DNA of 29,269 bases, taken from the NCBI GenBank assembly GCA_027623195.1, contig JAQBUT010000030.1, positions 1-29,269 on the forward strand, written 5' to 3'. This document shows positions 8,138 to 16,447 of the stretch, in pieces. This stretch comes from Chloroflexota bacterium (lineage in GTDB: Bacteria > Chloroflexota > Dehalococcoidia > Lucifugimonadales > JADFKI01). The first letter of the stretch is position 1. Every line of letters starts with the position of its first letter. Position numbers and translations under genes: made by a program. The notes under the pieces were generated by a model. That model did not search any database. It saw nothing but the letters and a program-made list of their open reading frames with translations, and had not been told where the DNA came from.

Positions 8138-9682
8138 TTAACCCGCCATGCCTGTCAGGTCCCCAACGACCTTGATGCGGATTCGCGTGGCATTGCTGGG
8201 TAAGTAAGATAGTGGGACCTCTTCCAGTTCGACCACTTGCAGCGTTTCGCGGTCGGCTCCGGCTGCAACTGCCTTGTCTTCCGCCTCACGCTGGGCCGCT
8301 TCCAAGGCCTCTAATCTGCCGTACTCCGCCAGCGAATAGACCTTCTCTACCTGCCCGCCGACCTGTGCCATGGCAGCGCCTATGGCGTTGGCCACCTCGC
8401 CGTACTGAGGGCGTATTACCTCGGATGCGCCAGCCAATGTGTCGCCCACAAGAATACTGCCGCCGCCCACGAGAATCACCGGCACGTCTGCTGCACTCAG
8501 CTTGAGTTTGTCTATTAGTTCTGCCAGACGAACGTCAATTAACGACATGCCATCTGCTGCTAGCCTCGCGTTGATGGCCTGGTCTGGACTGCTGTGCCCA
8601 ACATTGGCGCGTCCAGCGTAGACTGCCAGGTCCGTTGCCGTGCTGGTATTGCCTCCGAAGACCAACGCCTGCTCCATTAGGCGATATCCCACGCTGTCAG
8701 GCCCTACGCTTAGAGGGGATTCGCGGATGATACTCCCTCCGCCCAACGCTATGGAGAGCACGTCCGGCATGCGAAAATTCGTCCGCACGCCTGCAATCTC
8801 TATTGCTACAGACGCCTCCCTGGGAAAGCCGTTGACCAGCGCACCGCCGTCGGTGGTGGTCCCTCCGATGTCCAGCACAATGCCTTTGGTTACGCCGGAG
8901 AGAAACGCTGCCCCCCGCATGCTATTGGTGGGGCCGGAGGCTATGGTGAATACGGGATAGCGCGAAGCAAACTCGGCCTCCATCAGTGTGCCGTCATTCT
9001 GGCTCAGGTAGAAGGGCGCGTTCAGCCCCAGCGACCGAATGGCCTCAGTCAGGGACGTAATCGTTCGCGCCGCAATCTCGCTTAGGCTGGCATTCAATGC
9101 TGTGGCGTTTTCTCTTTCCAGAATCCCAACCCTGCCGATTTCGTGGGACAGGGTGACTGAAAGCTCCGGCGCTTGCTGGAGGATAATCGAGGCGACCTGG
9201 TCTTCGTGGGAGGTCTCCACTGGCGAGAAGACTCCGCACACCGCGACGGCCCTTACTCCTTTGCCGACCATGTCCTTCACCGCCTCGCGGACCTCTCGCT
9301 CTTCCATCGGGGAGATCTCCTGGCCATCGAATTCGTGGCCGCCGCTTAGCATATACGAGTGACCTCCGATAGCCTCCCTTAAAGCGTCGGGCCAGTCTAC
9401 CAGCGGTGGAAGAAGAGTGGTGGCAGGCCGGCACATACGGATCACAGCCGTTGGCGCCAGAGATTTGCGTTCCAGAAGCGCGTTCGTGAAATGGGTCGTG
9501 CCCAGCATTACAGCCTGTACGTCGGCGTCGGGCGGCGCCTCCGTTAGAACGCTCTTCAGGGCGGCGATTATCCCAGACGACACGTCGGCAGTGGTTGGAC
9601 GCTTGGCCTGAGCAACAAGCCTGGAGCCGTCCATGAGCACGGCGTCGGTGTTAGTGCCGCCAACATCAAGTCCTATCCTCAT
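8138..9682 (-). CDS. Hydantoinase/oxoprolinase family protein (A-subunit type)
   Basis: 'RIGLDVGGTNTDAV', 'GTTHFTNA', 'SGPTNSMRGAAFL', 'DIGGTTTD', 'ANAIGAA'. Confidence 0.93.
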   Translation of the reverse strand: MRIGLDVGGTNTDAVLMDGSRLVAQAKRPTTADVSSGIIAALKSVLTEAPPDADVQAVMLGTTHFTNALLERKSLAPTAVIRMCRPATTLLPPLVDWPDALREAIGGHSYMLSGGHEFDGQEISPMEEREVREAVKDMVGKGVRAVAVCGVFSPVETSHEDQVASIILQQAPELSVTLSHEIGRVGILERENATALNASLSEIAARTITSLTEAIRSLGLNAPFYLSQNDGTLMEAEFASRYPVFTIASGPTNSMRGAAFLSGVTKGIVLDIGGTTTDGGALVNGFPREASVAIEIAGVRTNFRMPDVLSIALGGGSIIRESPLSVGPDSVGYRLMEQALVFGGNTSTATDLAVYAGRANVGHSSPDQAINARLAADGMSLIDVRLAELIDKLKLSAADVPVILVGGGSILVGDTLAGASEVIRPQYGEVANAIGAAMAQVGGQVEKVYSLAEYGRLEALEAAQREAEDKAVAAGADRETLQVVELEEVPLSYLPSNATRIRIKVVGDLTGMAG

Positions 9683-9745
9683 TCTTTTTGGTAATCCTTC
9701 AATTAAGCTTTTGGCGGTTGTTGCCGAGGGTGGCAGATGGTCTGT

Positions 9746-10816
9746 TCACAGTGCAAGCGGGGTGTAGTCGAGGTCGTACCCGAATGCTCTGGGGCCGACG
9801 ACTCGCAACCCTTCGGGGGATGTCCAGAGACTGGGTGCCGGGAAGCCCAACACCGTCACTCGGAAGCCGTACCTCAGCAACTCCGTTGTGATTGGCTCGC
9901 CTCTGTCGCGGTCTACGATGCAGATGAGGTCCGGCACCATGCATACGGTGTCGCCGTCCAACCGCGCCACCAGGTTTTCGTTCTGAAACTCGATATCCAT
10001 TCGAGAGTCGGACCATTCGCCCGAGCCCTCTATGGCAACTCGACCCCTGGCGAATCCCGCAGTGGTCCGGCGTTCCAGGTCCACTATCTTGCCGGAGAAG
10101 AGCACTCGACCTGGACAGGTAGCCAGAATAGCCTCCACCGAATCACTGTTTTCTCTTCGCGAAGCCCTTACCGCCTCGCCCAGTGACTTGGCGAGAGAGA
10201 GGCTGTTCAGCACGGCCGTATTGCGTATCTGCTCTGCCGTCATCGGGGCGACGGCGTAGCAGGCAACGCAGCCCATCTGTACCGTCACGGCCCTGGCCAT
10301 GCGCTCAACCCATTTTGAACTGGCTGCCTCGGGTATGATGGCGGTGTTGCCGCGCTCGTCGCAGACGGCCATGGGGGTGCACGGCACGCCGTAAACGAAG
10401 AAGGTCTTCATCTGGAACTCGGGGAACGCTCTGCCCATGCCATCTGCGTCGACTATGGGCAGGCCCGCAAAGGCGGCAGGAATAATAGGTTCCAACGAGT
10501 TGCTGCCGCCTATCTCGTTGGAAATAAGCGCCGTCGCCTTCTTGCCGGTGTATCGCTCGATGGCCCTAAACGCCTCGTAGGACTGTAGACCGCGTATCTT
10601 CTCGATACCCACCGTGGGCGCGCCGATTCCGCCGACGCATATGACCAGAGCATCGTCGTCCAGTTCATCAGGCGATAGCACATCAACCGGCCCGTGCTGA
10701 CGTATGGCCTCCCGCGCGCGCAACTGCCCGATGTAAGGGTTGCCTCCTCCACCGGTGCCGAGAATGCCCGCTCCGATGGCTATCGATTCCAGATCGTCCT
10801 CAGTTACCTGCCACAT
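9746..10816 (-). CDS. DUF917 family protein
   Basis: 'GAGILGTGGGG', 'EIGGSNS', 'DADGMGRAFPE', 'FQNENL', 'VPDLI', 'TELLRYG'. Start placed at Met43 of the tracked ORF, which follows a GAGGGGAG SD and avoids overlap with comF. Confidence 0.9.
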   Translation of the reverse strand: MWQVTEDDLESIAIGAGILGTGGGGNPYIGQLRAREAIRQHGPVDVLSPDELDDDALVICVGGIGAPTVGIEKIRGLQSYEAFRAIERYTGKKATALISNEIGGSNSLEPIIPAAFAGLPIVDADGMGRAFPEFQMKTFFVYGVPCTPMAVCDERGNTAIIPEAASSKWVERMARAVTVQMGCVACYAVAPMTAEQIRNTAVLNSLSLAKSLGEAVRASRRENSDSVEAILATCPGRVLFSGKIVDLERRTTAGFARGRVAIEGSGEWSDSRMDIEFQNENLVARLDGDTVCMVPDLICIVDRDRGEPITTELLRYGFRVTVLGFPAPSLWTSPEGLRVVGPRAFGYDLDYTPLAL

Positions 10817-10829
10817 TGGCTTGCTCCCC

Positions 10830-11552
10830 TCATGCGCCCTGCCTCGCGAAGGCCAGTCCCCACACGGACGCCGCTCCCGAAACCTTGAGCTCCTCTGCGC
10901 AGGCGGACATTGTGTTGCCCGTGGTGATAACGTCGTCCACAAGCATCACCCGCTTGCCTTCCACGTCCGTCGCGCAGTCGAAAGCTCTCGCGATGTTGTT
11001 CCGTCGGGCCTCCGAAGAATCCATCTCGACCTGAGGCGCGGTGTTTCTTGCCCTGATTAGGGAAGTATCGTTAACCGGGATTCCTGTCAGCTTGCTTAGT
11101 TCTATGCAAAGAAGCCCGGACTGGCTGTATCCTCGTTGCCGTTCCCGCTTGGGGTGGAGGGGCACCGGTATCAGCGCGTCGACAGGGTACGGATTCCGTT
11201 CCAGGTATTGGGCCAAGAGGCGGGCCATGGGTGGCGCGGCAACCCTAACGCCTCGATATTTCAAGTCAAGGACCATCTGTTGTACGGGGCCGTCGTAGTG
11301 GTAAGGAGCCCGTGCGCGGTCGAATCGCGGCGAGTTCTCGAAGCACCATTTGCAGAGCTGGGGTACGTCGGGATTGGCGCACAGGTAGCAGTAGGGACGC
11401 TGCAACAGAGGCAGTTCGGCCTCGCAGCCTTCGCAAATGTACTGGCCCTCTTTAGCGCATACCACGCAATTTACAGGCAAAGCCAGGTCCAGAAATCTGG
11501 AGCCTGCCATCGCGACGGCGCGGCCAATATTACTTCGTGTCAGGTGTATCAC
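10830..11552 (-). CDS. comF: ComF family protein (double zinc ribbon plus phosphoribosyltransferase domain)
   Basis: Four CxxC pairs, 'IPVPLHPKRERQRGYSQ', and the PRT motif 'VMLVDDVITTGNT'. Confidence 0.9.
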   Translation of the reverse strand: MIHLTRSNIGRAVAMAGSRFLDLALPVNCVVCAKEGQYICEGCEAELPLLQRPYCYLCANPDVPQLCKWCFENSPRFDRARAPYHYDGPVQQMVLDLKYRGVRVAAPPMARLLAQYLERNPYPVDALIPVPLHPKRERQRGYSQSGLLCIELSKLTGIPVNDTSLIRARNTAPQVEMDSSEARRNNIARAFDCATDVEGKRVMLVDDVITTGNTMSACAEELKVSGAASVWGLAFARQGA

Positions 11553-11805
11553 TTCGGAACGACCTTGTAAGGCTGGAATCTCTTAAGAAACTTGAGCTTC
11601 AGGGTCTTATGCAGTGGTGATGTTAAGGCCGAGCCCGAGTGAGGTCAACCATGCGATTAGTTTTGGCAACATCGTATTGCTCCAACATCGTCTGACCCTG
11701 GTAAAATGGGCCGCGTCTGACCGCAAATGTGATCGGGCCACGATGCAATCGAAGAGATGGATGTACAATAATTAGCCAAAGGGGCGTTTGCCGGATAGGA
11801 AAGAA

Positions 11806-12024
11806 ATGCCTGAACTGAGTAAAGAACAGATACTGGAAATGGCCAAGATGGCCGGATTGGCGCCGGACGACAGGCGGGCGGAAGTTATTGCCGCCAGACT
11901 TGGTGCAGTCCTGCAAGCGCTATCTGAAGTGCCCGACGAGTCCCTGGTCGACTACCCGCCGGCATTGACCTTCGCGCCCAAAGCCGACTCTACCGCTGAC
12001 AAGGGGGTGCAGTCCAGTGAGTAA
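11806..12024 (+). CDS. GatC/AtzG-like small amidase accessory protein
   Basis: 72 aa 'LSKEQILEMAKMAGL...PALTF'. Overlaps the amidase start. ATG at 11806 follows AGGA. Confidence 0.7.
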   Translation: MPELSKEQILEMAKMAGLAPDDRRAEVIAARLGAVLQALSEVPDESLVDYPPALTFAPKADSTADKGVQSSE

Positions 12025-13432
12025 CGGCGATCTTCATTACATGAGTATCACTGAGGCCGCCGCCCTTATGCGGGACGGCAAGCTGTCGCCTGTGGAGCTA
12101 ACCCAGGCCTATCTTGACCGCATCGAAGCCTTGAATGAACGGCTGGGCGCCTACATTACGGTGATGAGGGAGTCAGCATTGGCCCAGGCCCGCCAGGCAG
12201 AGCAAGATATCCAGAGCGGCAACTATAAAGGCCCTATGCACGGTATTCCCATAGGTATCAAGGACATAATCTACACCAGAGGCGTGCTCACGTCAGCGGG
12301 TTCCAAGGTGCTGGCGGACCACGTGCCCAATGAGAACTCACCCATAGTGGACCGGCTTAACGCGGCGGGGTCCGTGCTGCTGGGCAAGCTGAACCTTAGC
12401 GAGTTCGCCATTGGCGGCACCATCGAGCATCCGTATGGCACGCCACGCAACCCCTGGAACGTCGACCACACCGCGGGCGGTTCCAGCAGTGGCTCGGGCG
12501 TTGCTACTGCGGGCGGGCTATGCGCTGGCTCCCTGGGTTCGGACACCGGAGGCTCTATTCGGGGTCCGTCATCGTTTTGCGGACTGGTGGGATTGCGTCC
12601 AACCTACGGGCGCGTGACCAGGCACAACGTCGTCCCCATGAGCTGGCACCTGGACACTGTGGGCCCTATGACCCGCACGGTGAGAGACTGCGCCCTTATG
12701 CTGAAGGCTATTGCAGGCCATGACCCCAACGACGTAACCACTAGCGAATTGCCAGTGCCGGACTACGCCTTTTCGATGGGCGAAGGTGTGCGTGGGCTGC
12801 GAATTGGACTGCCAACGGAGATGTTCGACCCGGACATACTGGACGGCGATGTCAGAGAGTCGGTGATGCGCGCGGTGGCCGTGCTGGAGGAGTTGGGAGC
12901 TACGTCGGAGGAGATGAGCCTGCCTACGTCAGCCGGCAGTGGGGCCGTGTTTATCGCAACGGCGGACGTTGACTCGGCGGCCTACCATAGCGACTGGCTG
13001 AGGAGCAGGGGAGACCTTTACGATTGGAACACCCGGACAAGGCTTGAGTCCGCATCACTGGAGCCAGCGTGGGCGTACATCAAAGCGCAACGCATCCGCG
13101 AGAAATTGCGTCAGGAGATGCATGCGGCCTTCGAAAGTTACGACGTGCTGATCATGCCGACAGGCCCTGTGGTTGCCCCGACCATTGCCGCATCTACGGG
13201 GAAGCCCGGCGGCTACTACCAGGGCGCTCGAGACCTGGCTCGCAGGCGATACACCAGCCCTGCGCCTCTGGCCGGTCTACCCGCCATCTCAGTGCCGTGT
13301 GGTTTTTCCGAGAGGGGACTTCCTGTGGGCCTGCAGATCATCGGTAAGGCCTTTGACGAGGCGACGCTTTTTAAGGTGGGGCAGGCCTACGAATCGGCCA
13401 GCGATTGGCATACTATGCACCCGGAGATTTAG
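12017..13432 (+). CDS. Amidase-signature family enzyme (GatA/AtzE-like)
   Basis: 'GIPIGIKD' (catalytic Lys), 'GGSSSGS', 'GSDTGGSIR' (Ser-cisSer-Lys triad), 'GLPVGLQIIG'. Confidence 0.95.
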   Translation: MSNGDLHYMSITEAAALMRDGKLSPVELTQAYLDRIEALNERLGAYITVMRESALAQARQAEQDIQSGNYKGPMHGIPIGIKDIIYTRGVLTSAGSKVLADHVPNENSPIVDRLNAAGSVLLGKLNLSEFAIGGTIEHPYGTPRNPWNVDHTAGGSSSGSGVATAGGLCAGSLGSDTGGSIRGPSSFCGLVGLRPTYGRVTRHNVVPMSWHLDTVGPMTRTVRDCALMLKAIAGHDPNDVTTSELPVPDYAFSMGEGVRGLRIGLPTEMFDPDILDGDVRESVMRAVAVLEELGATSEEMSLPTSAGSGAVFIATADVDSAAYHSDWLRSRGDLYDWNTRTRLESASLEPAWAYIKAQRIREKLRQEMHAAFESYDVLIMPTGPVVAPTIAASTGKPGGYYQGARDLARRRYTSPAPLAGLPAISVPCGFSERGLPVGLQIIGKAFDEATLFKVGQAYESASDWHTMHPEI

Positions 13433-14349
13433 ACCCGACCTCGCCGGACAGCGCTGAAGGCATCGATGCAACCAACCAGCAAAGCCATTACCTCGAAAAT
13501 CTGAGGCCCGTGAAATTCAGGCCTCAGTTGCTTTAGGACGACCTGGATGTAATCTACTTTTGTGGAACTATCCAGGGCGGCGGGGTTTTCCTTAACCGAA
13601 GCGGCCATGAGCTTTTCGTCGCTCCATCCGATGAACTCGTTGCCGGCGATTTTGATGAAATCGTTTAGGTACTCCACCGACAGCTTCATGTGGTCCCTGA
13701 AATGGGAAGTGGCCTCTGCCTGCAATGTAGATGCCAGCGAGTTCACCAGCCTCTGGGAATCCTTTTGCGACCGGTGTTCCTCTAAGAACAGCCGCATTAA
13801 CAGCTCGTTGTTCAGCACGCCTTCGAACACAGCCGGAGAACATCCGGCATCAATCATGTCGTCGTAAAGCTCAATTGCCCTGGTGACCAGGGTTAGCTGT
13901 CCGGCCAACGCGAGCCCCGCAAGTCGTAGGTCTGCCCGGATGCCATCCATAGCCTTCGTCTGAGGAGAGGTGTTCCATCCCGCTGTGCACACTGTAGCTG
14001 CAAATCCCGTGTCATGTGCCAAAGCCGATTGCACCTTGGCGGCGGTCACGTCGGGGCCAACCCGGTAGTAGACCTGGTCGGCGATATTCGATGCGCCGCT
14101 TATTAGGGGCCGCAAGGAGCAGAGTTGCCTGGAAAGGTCGTCGGAATACGCGACGGCGCTTTGTAGGTTGTGCCGTACTACACTGGCACGTTCTTGGAGC
14201 TGGTAGCGTTGGGCCTCTTGCCATCGGCGGGCGTCTTCGCGGCGAGCGCGGTTGCGGACTAAGAAAACCGTCAATATGGCGAAAATTGCTGTGCCCACCG
14301 CCAGGAAGGCGGCTACGGCGGCAACCCAGTCTGCGATGTTGGGAGGCAT
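13429..14349 (-). CDS. Hypothetical protein with an N-terminal TM anchor and a helical soluble domain
   Basis: 306-aa ORF. Hydrophobic residues ~8-31 followed by basic RNRARR. SD GGAG upstream. No motif recognised. Confidence 0.75.
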   Translation of the reverse strand: MPPNIADWVAAVAAFLAVGTAIFAILTVFLVRNRARREDARRWQEAQRYQLQERASVVRHNLQSAVAYSDDLSRQLCSLRPLISGASNIADQVYYRVGPDVTAAKVQSALAHDTGFAATVCTAGWNTSPQTKAMDGIRADLRLAGLALAGQLTLVTRAIELYDDMIDAGCSPAVFEGVLNNELLMRLFLEEHRSQKDSQRLVNSLASTLQAEATSHFRDHMKLSVEYLNDFIKIAGNEFIGWSDEKLMAASVKENPAALDSSTKVDYIQVVLKQLRPEFHGPQIFEVMALLVGCIDAFSAVRRGRV

Positions 14350-14531
14350 TCCCTGGTCTCCATCCTGACGCTGTCCTTTTTAGGGAGGCGCATAACGGGA
14401 GGTCTACCCCTGCCGACTATTGCGTGGGCGTCGTGCCACAGCGCAGGAGACCTCGCTTTTGGTCCTGAATATACATGTTATGTTAAAGGATGTTAGAGGA
14501 AACGCCAAATAAGGTTGAAGCAGGGATTACA

Positions 14532-14560
14532 TGGACAATCCCAGGTGATGTTGCTAAAGT
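14532..14560 (+). promoter_or_regulatory. Putative sigma70 promoter for tRNA-Pro
   Basis: TGGACA (14532-37), 17 nt, TAAAGT (14555-60), with an extended -10 TG. Confidence 0.55.
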
Positions 14561-14661
14561 AATTCGGTGGGCCATGCCTTAGGAGCTATTCGGGACTTCC
14601 CCCTCATGCAATCACTGCATGGCGGTGCGCCCGGGAGCCTTCATGGCAGTTGCCCCATGTG

Positions 14662-14736
14662 CGGGGTGTAGCGCAGCGGTAGCGCGCCTGTTTTGGGAAC
14701 AGGAGGTCGCTGGTTCGATCCCAGTCACCCCGACCA
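14662..14736 (+). tRNA. tRNA-Pro (anticodon TGG), CCA encoded
   Basis: Acceptor stem CGGGGTG/CACCCCG. Anticodon arm CCTGT-TT TGG GA-ACAGG. T-loop GTTCGATC. Ends ACCA. Confidence 0.97.
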
Positions 14737-14751
14737 ACAGGCAACCACATG

Positions 14752-14790
14752 AACAAGCCATCCATGTAAACGTCTGGCTTGTTTTGTTTT
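14752..14790 (+). terminator. Putative terminator after tRNA-Pro
   Basis: AACAAGCCA / TGGCTTGTT stem with a 14-nt loop, followed by a T-rich tract. Confidence 0.55.
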
Positions 14791-14859
14791 ACCGTGATCC
14801 TGCGATGGACAGCAGCTTGTTGTTAAATGTGGTCTGATGGCACCATTCGGTGATTTTCT

Positions 14860-15042
14860 CTAGTTGCGAATATACCGCCCATTTCCAACCATCTGTTGAG
14901 AGATCAGCAAGAGATAATCGGGACAGTCGGAATGACTTGGCCGGTAGTGGTGGCCCCCGGTGTTAGGTATGGGTCTACTCGCACCGAGATAAATTAAATC
15001 GGACCCGGAAACGAGGCCCTCCTCAGCCATTACACTTTTCAT
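14860..15042 (-). CDS. Candidate 60-aa small protein
   Basis: Strong SD GGAGGAG 6 nt before ATG 15042. Reads MKSVMAEEGLVSGSDLIYLG...YIRN*. No homology recognised. Confidence 0.35.
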   Translation of the reverse strand: MKSVMAEEGLVSGSDLIYLGASRPIPNTGGHHYRPSHSDCPDYLLLISQQMVGNGRYIRN

Positions 15043-15191
15043 GCTATTCTCCTCCAACCCAGACATGGGGAGACGGACCCCACCGTCGTAACGATGAGTG
15101 CTGCTACGATGGAACCTTCGCCTCATCAAGGTACTCGTGACCAGACGGATACAAGCGAATATCCCGATTCACTGAATAAAAAGGGCATGAT

Positions 15192-16244
15192 ATGACTCAA
15201 AAGAATACTTTCGGCCTCTTTGCTTCAATGGTTTTTGTTTTGGTCCTGGCGGTCGCTTGCGGCCCAAGCGAATCAGAAATTGAAACTCTTGTTGCAGGGG
15301 AAGTCCAGCGCCAGGTCTCGGCCATAAACCTACCCGTAGGTCCTTCTGGACCTCAAGGAGTGGCCGGCACCCAAGGTCTAAAGGGCGACAGGGGAGAAGT
15401 AGGACCTGCGGGCCCTAAGGGAGAACGGGGTGCGCCAGGGTTGGTTGCCGGGATGGATGCTGAGGCGGGATCTGTTGCTACTCCTACAGCAATTCCTATA
15501 CCCGCAGCCACTGCAACGCCAACCCCACTTATTGAAGTCTTCCCAGATGGGGTTGCCATACTTGAGGAAACCGCGCTCCAACTACTTGTAAAAACGAATC
15601 TTTCAGACCCAAGTATCACCTGGTCTAGCAGCAACCCTGACGTTGTGGAAGTCTCGCAGAATGGCTTGGCCTTTGGAAAGTCGGTTGGAACCGTACAAGT
15701 CACCGCTGCATTCGGTGAGCTAAGCGACACCGCCGAGGTCAAAGTTACCCATGGGCAGGTTGCGACGGTTCAGATCGGCTATTTCGGAGGTGCAGATTTC
15801 CAGAAATTTCTTAGCGATGAGGCTGGTCACGCACTCACGGACCGTGAAGTGACGTGGTTCAGCAGCGATCCGGATGTTGCAGCATTGGATAAGCTAACGG
15901 GCGGCCTGACCATAAAAAAGGCAGGCAACGCGGTCATTACCGCTATCTCAGAAGATGTGGCTGACAGTGTAAATATTAACGTCAAACCCATCTTAGGATC
16001 GGCGCTAGATAAAATTGAACTGATCCATATTGCCGAAAGGGACAAAACAACCCTGCAATTCTATACCAATGATGAACAGTCCGATGGAGGGAATACCCTG
16101 GATGATATCCCATCCGGTGTTCCTGTATGGCTACTTGTGGCTGAGGACGTCGAGCTTGAGATTAATGGGGTTCAATTCAATCTCACTTGCGTCGAAGAGG
16201 GAACTCCTGAAGAGGATTGCTGGAATCTGGTCGCCTTCCCGTAG
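15192..16244 (+). CDS. Surface lipoprotein with collagen-like repeat and two Ig-like (Big_2) domains
   Basis: Lipobox LAVAC (Cys23). Twelve Gly-X-Y triplets (aa 50-85). Pro/Thr linker. Two 'TWxSSxPDV' Big_2 motifs. Confidence 0.85.
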   Translation: MTQKNTFGLFASMVFVLVLAVACGPSESEIETLVAGEVQRQVSAINLPVGPSGPQGVAGTQGLKGDRGEVGPAGPKGERGAPGLVAGMDAEAGSVATPTAIPIPAATATPTPLIEVFPDGVAILEETALQLLVKTNLSDPSITWSSSNPDVVEVSQNGLAFGKSVGTVQVTAAFGELSDTAEVKVTHGQVATVQIGYFGGADFQKFLSDEAGHALTDREVTWFSSDPDVAALDKLTGGLTIKKAGNAVITAISEDVADSVNINVKPILGSALDKIELIHIAERDKTTLQFYTNDEQSDGGNTLDDIPSGVPVWLLVAEDVELEINGVQFNLTCVEEGTPEEDCWNLVAFP

Positions 16245-16447
16245 CTCAGGTGCGATGTATCTCTCGCTCGGCATGGGGCGCGGTGCTTGGCCACGTATTC
16301 AGTTAGGCGGTATCGGGCCGCGATGGGTGTGTAGGTTCGGTGGTGTGGATTAGGGGGTAGCTCTTCAAGGGGGTATATCCCTTACGAAATCGGACCTCCG
16401 GTAGGCGCTATATATATACCAAACCCAAATTCAACCTACCCTCTAAT

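Noticed and set aside
12017..13432. Calling the amidase gatA
   Set aside because: No gatB adjacent, and GatA-like amidase paralogs are common. Gene symbol withheld.
14569..14657. Second tRNA (e.g. tRNA-Sec) upstream of tRNA-Pro, since the segment starts GGGC and ends GCCCCA
   Set aside because: No T-loop consensus, no TCA anticodon arm and no cloverleaf. Kept only as a structured leader.
14927..14936. TCGGAATGAC matching the end of the REP-like element at 28528
   Set aside because: Only a 10-bp match with no partner arm. Could be chance.
14736..16447. tRNA-anchored genomic island or prophage
   Set aside because: No integrase, and I found no duplicated tRNA 3' end (attR) in the window.
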